A DNA stretch of 64,000 nucleotides from Macrostomum lignano (lineage: Eukaryota): the NCBI GenBank assembly GCA_002269645.1, contig NIVC01000012.1, forward strand, positions 1 to 64,000, in the 5' to 3' direction. The stretch's first letter is position 1. Every line of letters starts with the position of its first letter. Positions 39,301 through 57,100 of the stretch are shown here, in pieces. Below the pieces are notes generated by a model. That model was not told the origin of the DNA and did not search any database. It saw nothing but the letters and a program-made list of their open reading frames with translations. Both the position numbers and the translations under genes were made by a program.

Positions 39301-42279
39301 TTTCAAACTATGTCAACAAATTTTTCGGCTGCTAGGCGCCAAATTATGCATTTTTACCTGTTCCGACAGGTAATCAAACAGGTATTGAGACCTGTTAACC
39401 TAAGAATAAATTTTCTAAACTAATTTAGTTGCATAGTACATCTGTAGTGCTATTTTTAGACACCAAACTTGAGTCTCTAGGTCTCGCCAATGCAGAGTTA
39501 TTGCCAAAAGTATGCTCAAAATTTGCCTAAAAATGGCCTACTCAAAATTCGGAGCCAATTTTCTCAAAAATACGAATTTTCCAGCCATATTGGCGTATGA
39601 CCGGTGTAACTTCAGCTATTCGACTAAACAATATTGAAAATGCAGAAAAATCGGTGCGCAAAAATTCTTATTTTTCGACTTCAAAGTTTGTACCTCCAAA
39701 TGGGCCGTTTTTCAATTAACAGGTAAAAAGTACCTGTTAACAGGGGTTTTTTCAAGAGTTTCTTATGTCATTCAAAAGGGCATCCGATAGGCTACAATTT
39801 GACACTACACTCGAAAAAATTCGCCCCATTTTAAAAAAATTTCCTTAACAACGTCTGATTTTCTGCAGAGCCCCCGGCCTCTTTTTTCCCTGGTTTCCGG
39901 GTCACTGCTCAGCACAGGTAGGTCCAAATGCTTAGAAAATTTAGGAAAACGAATTTCCATATGTTTGACACGTTGTGTTAAAGTCTCAACACCGTAGCTT
40001 AAAACGCTTTCTTATTTTTTGGGACTACTTTTTAAAAACGTGACCCAGTTTTTCGAAAACGTCGTTTTTAGGCACTCTTTGGCACCTGGGCAAGTTATTA
40101 ATGGCCCAATCGGCCCGATCTCGACATTTCAGAATAGAGGACATCCTTTTGAGTGATTTGGTATAGAAAAAGCAAAAAATAAACTTTTCCATCTCGACGA
40201 GATAGGCCTTTCAAAAGTGTACTAAAAGTTTGTACTTTTAAAGTGCAGATAGGCAGCCATGTGAAAAGTACATTTTAGCCCAAAAAACTATAGCGCATCA
40301 AACAGCCCCAAGAGTTTTTGAGGCTAGGAGACAGCTCAAAGGCCGCGCGAAAGCGCATCCTTTTCGCTGCGGTGAGGCAAAGTTGAAAAAAATGCCAAAT
40401 TTTCGACCTCAAAAAACACGTTTTTTGTACTTTTACCTGTGAAGTGAAAGTACAATCAAAAAATCCATTTCGGATCATTGTAGCGTTCAAAGGCCCGCGT
40501 CTATTGAGCACACTCACTAAGCGCTGCCATAATTTCCTGCCGCTGTAATTGAGATCAAATTTTTTGACAATGTCGAAAAAACGCAGTTTTTGGTTGCCAT
40601 GGCAACCAAAACGCATTGCCATGGCAACCAACTATTGTGCATCCGATAGCGCTAGGTCTTTGACACATTTTGGCAAAAACTGTTTGTAAATCGGTCGTAC
40701 CGTTTTTAAATGACAGCGTTTAAAAGTTGAAAAACGTCATTTTAGTGTATGACATATGGCCCACATCTTATCAGGGACGATTTCGCAAAAGTAAGCAGCA
40801 TAGAAAAAAATTCTCGCTTCGCTCGCCTTTTTTTCTATACTACTTACTGGCTCATCGTCCCACAACTAGATAAACCAGTGTCACATTTTAAGCCTAGACA
40901 ACTTGTGACGAGATACTTCAGTGTCACAGTTCAAGTCCATGCACTCTGAGACCAGATACTCCAGTGTCACAGTTTGAGTCCATGCACCCTGAGACCAGAT
41001 ACTCCAGTGTCACAGTTTGAGTCCATGCACCCTGAGACCAGATACTCCAGTGTCACAGTTTGAGTCCATGCACCCCGAGATCATGCAACTCCTGTTTCAT
41101 AGTTTGAGTTCACCCAGACGCCAGATAATTTAGGAAACAAAATGTAATTTTATCATTCTATAAGACAGGATCCATCCTTGATCAAGCGCAGCTTACATAG
41201 GCTCGTACGAGCTGAGCTAGATCACTGTACAAACACCGAGTAGAATCAATCACTCGCTGCTCAAGATCTAGCCTAGTCTAGCCGGTGCTTCAGGAACCGG
41301 TCTGTGGAAAGTTGGATCGAAACGGTTTCTGATCCAGCAGCCAGCCGGACATTGAATACGGTTTCGGCTGACAGACAAAGAGAGTGATTGGGAGTTCAGA
41401 GCGCGACCGACAGTCAAATAAATTGTTGTACGTGACAAACTTTGCAATTCAATGCCAGGGATATATGCCTATTCTCTGGTTCTCTCCTTCTCTCTCTCTG
41501 CTCCCAATCTCTCCTGTCAACTGCAGGAAGCTGGCCGACCCAGAAATTAAATGGCGTCCCCAGCGTTGCCATGCAGAGAAGTATTCATCGTCACAACAAG
41601 GACGCGGACGCCCAATGGGCCACTTGAGCAAATCAGTTGGTTCCACTAGACTATGTTTTTTTGTTCGATGAGCTCCGAAATATTACCCGCTTGGAGTCTG
41701 GACTTTCTAGCATTGGTGCTCAATAACTGTTCCAATTTTGATAATGACGAGAGGATACTGGAGGTTGCAACATTTACATTCGTTCTTCGTGAGCCTTAGA
41801 AGTTCGGACTCAAGTTGCAGGTCATGTCTACAGAGGAAGCACGTTAACCCCCCCCCCACCCAAAAAGGTTGGATCCTTGGCACGGATCCTTCAGGCATTA
41901 AAAATCACCACAGCAATGATGGTACTATGGAGGTTAGTTTAGCAGAATACAAGAGAGTTTTAAATAGCCATGTAGGGAAAAATTAACGACTATATCTTCG
42001 TATATCGTTGAGCATAAAATCTGGCTCATATTAAATAAACCACTCCTCAAAAAAAGAAACGATGAACAGTCAGTCTCGACATGCTCACCATTTCCACTCG
42101 CGACCTCGGTTGGCGCCAAAGGTGACAATCGATTCCAAAATAAGGCCAACCAAGGAGGCTGTTAGATACCAGTACTCATTCTTCTTAGACTTGTCGCACA
42201 GGTACGCAATAGTGGCCATGCCGTGGGTGGCGAACAGTACACGAACCAACACAGCTCTGAAGATTGTGAACCAGCGCAT
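26735..42279 (-). CDS. TMEM26: Transmembrane protein 26 family, ~480 aa; join(42279-42089,29779-29578,28056-27607,27334-26735)
   Basis: RAVLVRVLFATHG; EWKW|FCPSAFFYL..VPSTWFLE; LEQLLLLLLIMGRWMLPKG..DQLSQLLLVYIGTAADIVEF; QDLPYLIVRL..FFTLKN. The exon 1-2 junction splits the TG|G Trp codon correctly across a 12.3-kb intron. Confidence 0.92.
27607..28056 (-). CDS. TMEM26: TMEM26 exon 3
   Basis: Acceptor TTGTAG; GRWMLPKG core; donor GTGAAT. Confidence 0.92.
29000..29175. repeat. ~20-bp degenerate tandem repeat (CATCAAGCTTAGCGTCGCTT) in TMEM26 intron 2
   Basis: Directly visible. Confidence 0.8.
29578..29779 (-). CDS. TMEM26: TMEM26 exon 2
   Basis: Acceptor TCGCAG; FCPSAFFYLLITVPSTWFLE; donor GTAAGG. 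Confidence 0.9.
30012..30392. repeat. Two adjacent foldback (inverted-repeat) segments, probable MITE relics
   Basis: ~30012-30056 pairs with ~30125-30165 (ACTTAGTCCTCGAAAA / TTTTCGAGGACTAAGT); ~30209-30290 pairs with ~30311-30392 (GCCTCTATGTTC / GAACATAGAGGC; CCCATAGATTTTTT / AAAAAATCTATGGG). Confidence 0.7.
31231..35343 (-). mobile_element. Non-autonomous Helentron/Helitron2-like element, copy A (4.1 kb)
   Basis: Asymmetric subterminal inverted repeats GTGGGACGATG (31262-31272) / CATCGTCCCAC (35331-35341). Perfect 8-bp hairpin TGAAGACG-ctgt-CGTCTTCA (31239-31258) next to terminal CTAG. No transposase ORF. Confidence 0.75.
31640..32360. repeat. (TTG)n plus ~90-bp GC-rich minisatellite x7 inside element copy A (x2 at 35720-35990, x3 variant at 38390-38760)
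   Basis: AACGTGGGGGCTGCCGCCCCCAC recurs every ~90 bp. Confidence 0.9.
35344..40865 (-). mobile_element. Same element, composite copy B/C (5.5 kb), head-to-tail with copy A
   Basis: Same left end at 35344 and same right end at 40853-40865. B (35344-~38338) is nearly identical to A. C (~38375-40865) is a more diverged partial copy. Confidence 0.75.
39045..39120 (-). ncRNA. tRNA-derived Pol III cassette (SINE-head-like) inside the Helentron-like element; homologues at 32640-32705 and 36268-36335
   Basis: Minus strand: A-box TGGCTTAGTGG, B-box GGTTCGACTTCC (GGTTCGAATCCC in copies A/B), then a T7 run. The cloverleaf stems are decayed. Confidence 0.55.
40910..41085. repeat. 43-bp tandem repeat x~4
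   Basis: GAGACC at 40948, 40991, 41034. Confidence 0.85.
42089..42279 (-). CDS. TMEM26: TMEM26 exon 1
   Basis: MRWFTIFRAVLVRVLF...EWK; donor GTGAGC, phase 2. Confidence 0.88.
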
Positions 42280-43275
42280 GTCTGCCGTATGCTGCCGAGC
42301 TTTCGATGTTGGACTCGAAATTGTAAACCCGCTTCCGCGTCAGTGCAGCGATGCGTTGCTGATGCAGAACGGACTGGTTCGTATCTTCAACCAGAGATTC
42401 TTTTCCGTTCCCACTTGAACTATACTTTCCTGCGACGGTCTTGGGATTGGCTTTTAAAAACTGACTCAAAATTTGCTTGGAAAGAAAACCGGTTTTTTCA
42501 GCAAGAACCAGAGAAGAGATCGGGAGTGGCGGAGAGGAACCCCACGGAGCAGGGCAGCGATTTTTCATCATATTCTTCCATATCTCGATCCCAACGATTG
42601 CGATTCGCCGTTGGGTGGGAGAATGGGGATCGCGACTTGTGCCGGAGCACCAGCCCCAACCCCGTCTGTCCCTAAGTCTCCTCAATTCAATAAAAACGCT
42701 CCTGTATCAGTTTTTTGTTTGTCCTTCCATAAATAAGTCCGCAAAGGTTCTGTCTCGCATCGGCTTTTAGGCCAGTTGTCGAGATACGGGAAACAAGCGT
42801 TGGCCAACTGGGCAGTGGGGGCATTGTTCGAGACTGGCGGACAGCGATAAATTTATGAGCTATAGCTCAACTCATTCGTATAGCTCGCATCAGTACAGAG
42901 GTTTCATAGCGCTCTTTAGTCGGGCATCAATTTATCTGATTGCGCTCTGAGCAGTTGTCCTCGTGCAGCAACGATATCTTGCAGCCGGTGCATTTTCATT
43001 TGGCATTGTAGCCCCATTTCTCGGTTTCCTTCATCGTTACTTGTCGAGTCTCTGCGTTAAAAAAATTCGGCTTTTACGATTTATAGTCTTGCTGCTACGT
43101 GGCTGAAATTCTGCAACAGTTATGAAAGTGGTTCTGTGGTCTAGAATCCCTGTTGGTTTTGTGATTCTTTGCTTCTTTGGTCATTTTTTTCGTTTTTTGT
43201 TTTTTTTGTTTTTCGTTTTTATGTTGTTTCCGTGGTTAAATGGCTTTGCGCTTCTAAGGCTTCTCGTATAAGGTT

Positions 43276-44150
43276 GTGTTTCTGTGTTCTGTGGTTTTGT
43301 GTTTCGGTTGTTCTGTGGTTCGTGTTTCTGTGCTTCTGAGGTTCTGTAGTTCTGTGTTTCTGTTTCTGTGTTTCTGTGTTTCTGTGTTTCTGTGGTTCTG
43401 TGGTTTTGTGTTTCTGTTTCTGTGTTTCTGTTTCTGTGGTTCTGTGGTTCTGTGCTTCTGTTTCTGTGTTTCTGTTTCTGTGTTTCTGTGATTCTGTGGT
43501 TCTGTGTTTCTGTTTCTGTGTTTCTGTGGTTCTGTGTTTCTGTGGTTCTGTATTTCTGTGGTTCTGTGTTTCTGTTTGTGTTTCTGTGGTTCTGTGTTTC
43601 TGTGTTTCAGTGTTTCTGTGGTTCTGTGGTTCTGTGTTTCTGTGTTTCAGTGTTTCTGTGGTTCTGTGTTTTTGTGTTTCTGGGGTTCTGTGTTTCTGTG
43701 GTTCTGTGGTTTTTTGGTTCTGTGTCTGTGGTTCTGTGTTTCTGTGGTTGTGTGGTTTTGTGTTTCTCTGTTTCTGTGGTTCTGTGGTTCTGTGGTTCTG
43801 TGGTTCTGTGGTTTTGTGTTTCTCTGTTTCTGTGTTTCTGTGGTTCTGTGGATCTGTGGTTCTGTGTTTTTGTGTTTCTGGGGTTCTGTGGTTCTGTGGT
43901 TCTGTGTTTCTGTGTTTCTGTGGTTCTGTGGTTCTGTGTTTCTCTGTTTCTGTGGTTCTGTGGTTCTGTGGTTCTGTGGTTCTGTGGTTTTGTGTTTCTC
44001 TGTTTCTGTGGTTCTGTGGATCTGTGGTTCTGTGTTTTTGTGTTTCTGGGGTTCTGTGGTTCTGTGTTTCTGTGTTTCTGTGGTTCTGTGTTTCTGTGGT
44101 TCTGTGATTCTGTGGTTCTGTGTTTCTGTGGTTCTATGGTTTTGTGTTTT
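43276..44150. repeat. 8-bp-based simple repeat (TCTGTGGT/TCTGTGTT)
   Basis: Directly visible. Confidence 0.93.
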
Positions 44151-46120
44151 GATGTTGTTCCAACGTGGTTCGGTGGCTTTTCTATGACTATGTCTCTGCT
44201 TCTCGTTAGCAATGCGGTCCAGTATCTCGGTATAGCACGACAATTACCTCCGCGACAACTGCTAGGGTTAGGGTTACGAAGGTTAGGGTTTGACGTGCAG
44301 GCAGTTGTCGTAGAACCTAGTAGCACTTGTGTTCAACAGTTACGGTTGTGTAGTTCTGTCTGGTTCTGTCTGAACGGTCTGGGCACCCGAGGCAGCCAGA
44401 GCACTGGATACTGACAGGTATTAGGACTAATAGAATCCCACTCAGAGACAATGATTTCTTGATCATATAGCAACAATTGACTGACTGGCCGAGACTTACA
44501 TAATCAAGCAATTAAGCTCTTAAGAACTCAGCTGAAGTGTTACGAGCTAAATAAAAAAGTTATTGAAACGTGTGTCTAAAGGGACAGCAACCGAGCTGGT
44601 TATCAGCAATTTGTGAGTTCATCGCACCCACTGTGGCTTAACTGATACTGACAGTTATCCCTGACATCTGAATTGGCATCTTTAAATACCAATTTCTAAC
44701 GTAAACTCTGAGTTTTTCATTTTATTTCAACAAATATTCGCGAGTTACCCGGTACACGTGTAGGTGCCAGTGAACGTGTATATTGCACATTTCAGCCATA
44801 GCAACATAGTCTCTGGGTAGACTACTATGAGTAGTTAGTAGTATACGTATAGGTAATGTAAGTAATATTGGACACGATTACCCTTTGTTAATTTGAATTC
44901 CAACTCAAATTATTGATAAGATAATTAAGCACTGTTGGTTTATTTTTGGAACTATTGTTAAATCTTATTGATTTATATAATTAAACTGTACATACATGCG
45001 GTCGTACTGATGCTAATAGAGCACTTGTGAGTCTCCTTGGATATAGAAAGGAGTTATTAGCTGATTCTCTTAGCTGTCAGTAAGATTGTAATACTCTAAG
45101 CAGTTCACACTATTCACCTAGGCAAGCGTTACTATTCGTACGCAATTTGGCACGCAGTTGTTTTGAGCTGACCCTGAAAGCTAGACGGGTAGAATAGAAA
45201 GCAGCCTAAGACATCACTAGACACGGGAGTCTAGGTAATTAAGACTGTACAATATTTTTGAGTAGAATAATGTACACCATATGCGCAAACTACTGAGTTC
45301 ACCATGCCCTTCGAAGTAACAATAGAGCTAGAGAGAAAGGACGTCCAGCTAGTACGCAAGTACGCAAGGCTTGACGCTTGAGAGTTTCGTCTAATGACTG
45401 CTCAACGGGGATAAACAACACTGGAGGGAGGGGGGCTGGGGCAGTTCAAGGGCGGGGTGTTGAGGTGAGTCAATATACGGTCGGGGGGGGGGCGAGGGAT
45501 AGAGGGCGGGCTGGGCGAGAGGGCTTCTCCCCGCCCGCTATTCAGCTTGGCATGGGTGGCTTTCTCGCGTGTGACAAGTCCATCTTTTTAGCCAGCCCCT
45601 CCACCCTAACCCAACCCCCTGCCCCACCACCCCAACCTCTATTCCGGCCTGAAAAGCTATGTACATTCTTTTATTAACTGAATCCGGGCTTTGGCGGGGA
45701 CGAGGGAGACCCGGCGCGGGTGGTAGATAGGAAAAGGGAATGTACATTGAAAAGTATGTACTTTATTCAATCATCTGCTCACCGCGCGCACTAAATCCTA
45801 AGCAAGGAGAGAAGGGAAAGGCCACGCACTGCGTGCTACAGACAGAAAAACACTGCCTGCTGGGGAGGCGGCATTTGCAGCAGTCCAATCCAAGACAAGC
45901 CCCTGAGCCCTTTCTGTTCCATACGCTTGACACTATTTTTAAACTAGACTTAAACAACAAAGCAACAAGACCTGACAAGTGCTGTCTATTGCAGTATTTT
46001 TTGCATATTAACCAGCCTTTTTTGCAAATCTAATTTGGCCTTAAGCAATACAAGCGGCTTAGTTGGCCCGGTCTAGTCTGAGAGACTCTTGAAGTCTCAG
46101 AATATTGCTTCAGTAAGGCA

Positions 46121-51150
<5,030 letters not shown>

Positions 51151-52121
51151 GCTAGCAGCGGGTTCGGTTTGTCTGAACTCTGCTAGCTACCCATTTTATT
51201 CCCCGTTGAAAACGTTACCGTGACAATAATTGCTAGAGTCATTGTAAACACCTCTAGTGACTCCCAACCACTCTGGCGGCGGGCGACTCTTGTGACTTTT
51301 TAACGACTCAAACGACTGCAATGCGACGGCGAGGCGACAGTTGAGTCACGAGTGCATCAGTTGTAGAGTCGTAAGAGTCGCGAAAAAGTCACTCTAGAAT
51401 TTTTAGCGCTTAAATTTCTACCAACTCAAGTAGGCTGAATTGAGTTGTTATAAATGCGAAATGCGATTCAAATTCATGAAGTGACGCAGATGCGCTTTTG
51501 ACGCAACTCAGCGAATCTAAAGCGGCTCTAAGAACGCCTCAGAATGACCTACATGTACGGCCCCAGAGTCGTTTCAGAGTCGCAGACAATCAAACGCCTC
51601 TCAAATTGACTCTTTAGGCGACTCTGAAAAACTACTTTTTGTCGACTTGTACCGAGAAATCTGCTGGTTTTATAGCCGTCTAGAGCCACTTCTTTCCTAC
51701 ATGTATTTTACCTGCGTTACCTGCAACGACCCTGGGACGCTTCTTGCTCTAGGTTCCGTTTTCATCGAGGTCAAATTAACCCTAATAAATCTCCTAAACT
51801 ACATGTGCGATCGAGCTGCATCTACTCTAAACTACTTCGATCCTAACTACTATCTACCCTGTTGAACTATAGCATCTACCCTAAACTGGTGTCTACACCT
51901 AAACTACATGTACCTACTAGTACATGTGGTAAACTTAGGAGGCATCTGCAAGCACTCTTAATCTACACGTATTATACTGTATGCATCAACCGAAGTTTCA
52001 CTTACATGTACATTCATAAATGTAAATCCGATTAATTATATGTAACCGTATTTTTAAGCATCGCGAAATGCAACTAAGAAACGAACAAGTTTTGTTATTA
52101 TCCAGGTAAAATTATCTATTA

Positions 52122-52345
52122 CACCTTTTCACGTTCAATTTTGAACAGGGTCCAGTTCTAGAAAAACTAGCGGAAATTCAATTCAGACAATTCAGACTGG
52201 GGACAATTTTGTCTATGGCTAAACCTCGCTTCCGTAGCAGAATGTTTTGAACTGGGGTTTGTTGCCCCAGTCTGAATTGTCTGAATTGAATTTCCGCTAG
52301 TTTTTTTAGAACTGGACTTTGTTCGGAATTGAACGTGAAAAGGTG
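52122..52345. mobile_element. 224-bp MITE with ~85-bp TIRs flanked by TA
   Basis: TA|CACCTTTTCACGTTCAATT...AATTGAACGTGAAAAGGTG|TA; inner arms CTAGCGGAAATTCAATTCAGACAATTCAGACTGGGG and its reverse complement. Confidence 0.85.
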
Positions 52346-52399
52346 TAGTAATGTACCATCGCACTGCAGCACACGCATTGCCTCAGCTTGCTCAATTAC

Positions 52400-52506
52400 T
52401 GTTTATATACATGTACTACTACCAAACGTTTATATACATGTACTACTACCAAACGTTTATATACATGTACTACTACCAAACGTTTATATACATGTACTAC
52501 TACCAA
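52400..52506. repeat. 27-bp tandem repeat (GTTTATATACATGTACTACTACCAAAC) x~3.5
   Basis: Directly visible. Confidence 0.85.
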
Positions 52507-53134
52507 ATGCTTGCATACTAGAGTATGTACATACTAGAGTATGCAAGCATTCTCACGTGATTCTACATGCATATCCTATTAATAATTTCGTTGTGCCAAT
52601 AGAATTGTTATTTAAATTACCTAACTACAGTAACACAAATTAATAAACTTCCCTAAAGTACGAAAATTTGACTAATTATAAAGCAGATGCGTAGCTCCAT
52701 TCCAATGCCATTGGGTTCAGCATTTCTTTCAATTTTATTTCAGCTTTATCGATGTATATTGTTTGGTTTCGCGTTGAGCTTGAAGATATGCGTTTTACAA
52801 AAGCTCATGAGAGACACTACTCGTTTTTTTAACCAGTAATATCTAATGCTTTTGCATACAATCACTATTAGTAATTAATACACTGCATGGAAACGGCTAT
52901 AAAAGTAACTCTGCTTTTAACCTAACATTGGCTGTGCAAGCAGTCATTATTTCGATTAACGTGTTATTGTTCCCTGATAAATCCCCTATATTACGAGCGT
53001 ACTAATGTATGACAATGATTTTGCCCTCCAAAGCTATCAAATAAATGCACCAAAGTGTCTGCTGAAAATTCCGCTGATTCAAATTGTATTTATTTTTTAA
53101 ATTCAATTCTATATCGAGTAGGAAGTAACAGTTT

Positions 53135-53635
53135 CGGGATGTACATTGGATGCGAGGAGTGGGGTTGGCTTTTGTGTGGGGATGTACATTGAGTCTGGGG
53201 AGTGGGGTTGGCTACTGTGTGGGGATGTACATTGAGTCTGGGGAGTGGGGTTGGCTACTGTGTGGGGATGTACAATGAGTCTGGGGAGTAGGGTTGGATA
53301 CTGTGTGGGGATGTACATTGAGTCTGGGGAGTAGGGTTGGATACTGTGTGGGGATGTACATTGAGTCTGGGGAGTGGGGTTGGCTACTGTGTGGGGATGT
53401 ACATTGAGTCTGGGGAGTGGGGTTGGCTACTGTGTGGGGATGTACATTGAGTCTGGGGAGTGGGGTTGGCTACTGTGTGGGGATGTAAATTGAGTTTGGA
53501 GAGTGGGGTTGGCGACTGTGTGGGGATGTATATTGAGTCTGGGGAGTGGGGTTGGCTACCGTGTGGGGATGTACATTGAGTCTGGGGAGTGGGGTTGGCT
53601 ACCGTGTGGGGATGTACATTGAGTCTGGAGAGCGA
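53135..53635. repeat. 43-bp G-rich minisatellite x~12
   Basis: GATGTACATTGAGTCTGGGGAGTGGGGTTGGCTACTGTGTGGG; period 43. Confidence 0.93.
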
Positions 53636-54104
53636 GGTTGGCCATTGGAGCAACCCCTCGTAATACAGCACGCTAATAGTGTATTAATAAACCATTTTTT
53701 GAATAAATTTCAAAGAATTAACACAAAAAGTAGTCTCGCACAACTAGATTTACATGTAACCTTTAAAAGTTGTGACGTCAACCGAATAAATAATTTGAAA
53801 AAAAGTACAAGTTTAATTTGGTAAGAAAATTCACTGCATAAAAATTGTCGTACGAGAATCCTAAAGACGTCAATTTAATTTAAATGTCGCAAAACTGTTT
53901 TTAGCTGGTCCTTAATTGGTTGAAAATACGTAAAAGAATAATAAAAATGAAGGAATGATAAATATATGTTTTATGTTTTACTGTACTTCATTTTAAATGA
54001 AGACTAGGATGGATATTCTAGGATAGAAAAACTCAAAGATAAACTCCGATCCTAAGCAGTGTGTGCCAGCAGCCACTGTCTAAACACGTGTAGCCCAAAC
54101 CGCC

Positions 54105-54172
54105 TCAGTCCACTTTGACTACGCTGTAGATTTTCCGCACAAACCAGAATGTGGCGAAGAAGCTCACAGATC
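54105..54172 (-). CDS. TM9SF2: TM9SF2 terminal coding exon (68 nt)
   Basis: Acceptor ACGCAG; (G)SVSFFATFWFVRKIYSVVKVD-TGA. Confidence 0.92.
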
Positions 54173-57100
54173 CTGCGTGGTGTTCAATGAAACGAAAGTG
54201 GACGAGGTTGAATTGGAGATTTAAAAAGCGTTTTATAAACTTTGGACTAACTAATGGCGATTTCTAAATTCAAGATAAAATAGCGATTTTTAATTTGAAG
54301 TTAAAATACGATTTTAAAAATCAAAGATGAAAAGTGATTTTTTAAATCGAAGATAAACCGGCGATTTTTCAAATAGAAGATAAACCGGCGATTTTTCAAA
54401 TTCAAGATAAACCGGCGATTTTTCAAATTGAAGATAAACCGGCGATTTTTCAAATTCAAGATAAACCGGCGATTTTTCAAATAGAAGATAAACCGGCGAT
54501 TTTTCAAATAGAAGATAAACCGGCGATTTTTCAAATTCAAGATAAACCGGCGATTTTCAAATAGAAGATAAACCGGCGATTTTTCAAATTCAAGATAAAC
54601 CGGCGATTTTTCAAATAGAAGATAAACCGGCGATTTTTCAAATAGAAGATAAACCGGCGATTTTTCAAATTCAAGATAAACCGGCGATTTTTCAAATAGA
54701 AGATAAACCGGCGATTTTTCAAATTCAAGATAAACCGGCGATTTTTCAAATAGAAGATAAACCGGCGATTTTTCAAATTCAAGATAAACCGGCGTCCGGC
54801 GATTTTTCAAATTCAAGATAAACCGGCGATTTTTCAAATAGAAGATAAACCGGCGATTTTTCAAATAGAAGATAAACCGGCGATTTTTCAAATTCAAAAT
54901 AAACCGGCGATTTTTCAAATTAAAGATAAACCGGCGATTTTTCAAATTCAAGATAAACCGGCGATTTTTCAAATTCAAGATAAACCGGCGATTTTTCAAA
55001 TTCAAGATAAAATAGCGATTTTTCAAATTCAAGATAAACCGGCGATTTTTCAAATTCAAGATAAACCGGCGATTTTTCAAATTCAAGATAAACCGGCGAT
55101 TTTTCAAATTCAAGATAAACCGGCGATTTTTCAAATAGAAGATAAACCGGCGATTTTTCAAATTCAAGATAAACCGGCGATTTTTCAAATTAAAGATAAA
55201 CCGGCGATTTTTCAAATAGAAGATAAACCGGCGATTTTTCAAATTCAAGATAAACCGGCGATTTTTCAAATAGAAGATAAACCGGCGATTTTTCAAATTC
55301 AAGATAAACCGGCGATTTTTCAAATTGAAGATAAACCGGCGATTTTTCAAATTGAAGATAAACCGGCGATTTTTCAAATTCAAGATAAACCGGCGATTTT
55401 TCAAATAGAAGATAAACCGGCGATTTTTCAAATAGAAGATAAACCGGCGATTTTTCAAATAGAAGATAAACCGGCGATTTTTCAAATTAAAGATAAACCG
55501 GCGATTTTTCAAATAGAAGATAAACCGGCGATTTTTCAAATTCAAGATAAACCGGCGATTTTTCAAATTCAAGATAAACCGGCGATTTTTCAAATAGAAG
55601 ATAAACCGGCGATTTTTCAAATAGAAGATAAACCGGCGATTTTTCAAATTCAAGATAAACCGGCGATTTTTCAAATTCAAGATAAACCGGCGATTTTTCA
55701 AATAGAAGATAAACCGGCGATTTTTCAAATAGAAGATAAACCGGCGATTTTTCAAATAGAAGATAAACCGGCGATTTTTCAAATAGAAGATAAACCGGCG
55801 ATTTTTCAAATTAAAGATAAACCGGCGATTTTTCAAATAGAAGATAAACCGGCGATTTTTCAAATTCAAGATAAACCGGCGATTTTTCAAATAGAAGATA
55901 AACCGGCGATTTTTCAAATAGAAGATAAACCGGCGACTTTTCAAATAGAAGATAAACCGGCGATTTTTCAAATTAAAGATAAACCGGCGATTTTTCAAAT
56001 AGAAGATAAACCGGCGATTTTTCAAATTCAAGATAAACCGGCGATTTTTCAAATAGAAGATAAACCGGCGATTTTTCAAATAGAAGATAAACCGGCGATT
56101 TTTCAAATAGAAGATAAACCGGCGATTTTTCAAATTCAAGATAAACCGGCGATTTTTCAAATAGAAGATAAACCGGCGATTTTTCAAATTCAAGATAAAC
56201 CGGCGATTTTTCAAATTCAAGATAAACCGGCGATTTTTCAAATTCAAGATAAACCGGCGATTTTTCAAATAGAAGATAAACCGGCGATTTTTCAAATAGA
56301 AGATAAACCGGCGATTTTTCAAATAGAAGATAAACCGGCGATTTTTCAAATAGAAGATAAACCGGCGATTTTTCAAATTCAAGATAAACCGGCGATTTTT
56401 CAAATTCAAGATAAACCGGCGATTTTTCAAATTCAAGATAAACCGGCGATTTTTCAAATAGAAGATAAACCGGCGATTTTTCAAATTCAAGATAAACCGG
56501 CGATTTTTCAAATTAAAGATAAACCGGCGATTTTTCAAATAGAAGATAAACCGGCGATTTTTCAAATTCAAGATAAACCGGCGATTTTTCAAATTCAAGA
56601 TAAACCGGCGATTTTTCAAATAGAAGATAAACCGGCGATTTTTCAAATTCAAGATAAACCGGCGATTTTTCAAATAGAAGATAAACCGGCGATTTTTCAA
56701 ATAGAAGATAAACCGGCGATTTTTCAAATAGAAGATAAACCGGCGATTTTTCAAATAGAAGATAAACCGGCGATTTTTCAAATTAAAGATAAACCGGCGA
56801 TTTTTCAAATAGAAGATAAACCGGCGATTTTTCAAATTCAAGATAAACCGGCGATTTTTCAAATAGAAGATAAACCGGCGATTTTTCAAATAGAAGATAA
56901 ACCGGCGACTTTTCAAATAGAAGATAAACCGGCGATTTTTCAAATTAAAGATAAACCGGCGATTTTTCAAATAGAAGATAAACCGGCGATTTTTCAAATT
57001 CAAGATAAACCGGCGATTTTTCAAATAGAAGATAAACCGGCGATTTTTCAAATAGAAGATAAACCGGCGATTTTTCAAATAGAAGATAAACCGGCGATTT

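Noticed and set aside
41170-41460. Locally palindromic segment (CTAGATC/GATCTAG, GGATCGAAAC-GTTTCTGATCC) as an ncRNA or solo LTR
   Set aside because: No defined termini, TSD or recognisable RNA family.
43276-44414. Cys/Phe/Trp-rich and TEPQ-rich ORFs
   Set aside because: 8-bp simple repeat.
51230-51640. GACTC/GAGTC-rich imperfect palindromic region as a MITE
   Set aside because: Termini and TSD could not be defined by eye.
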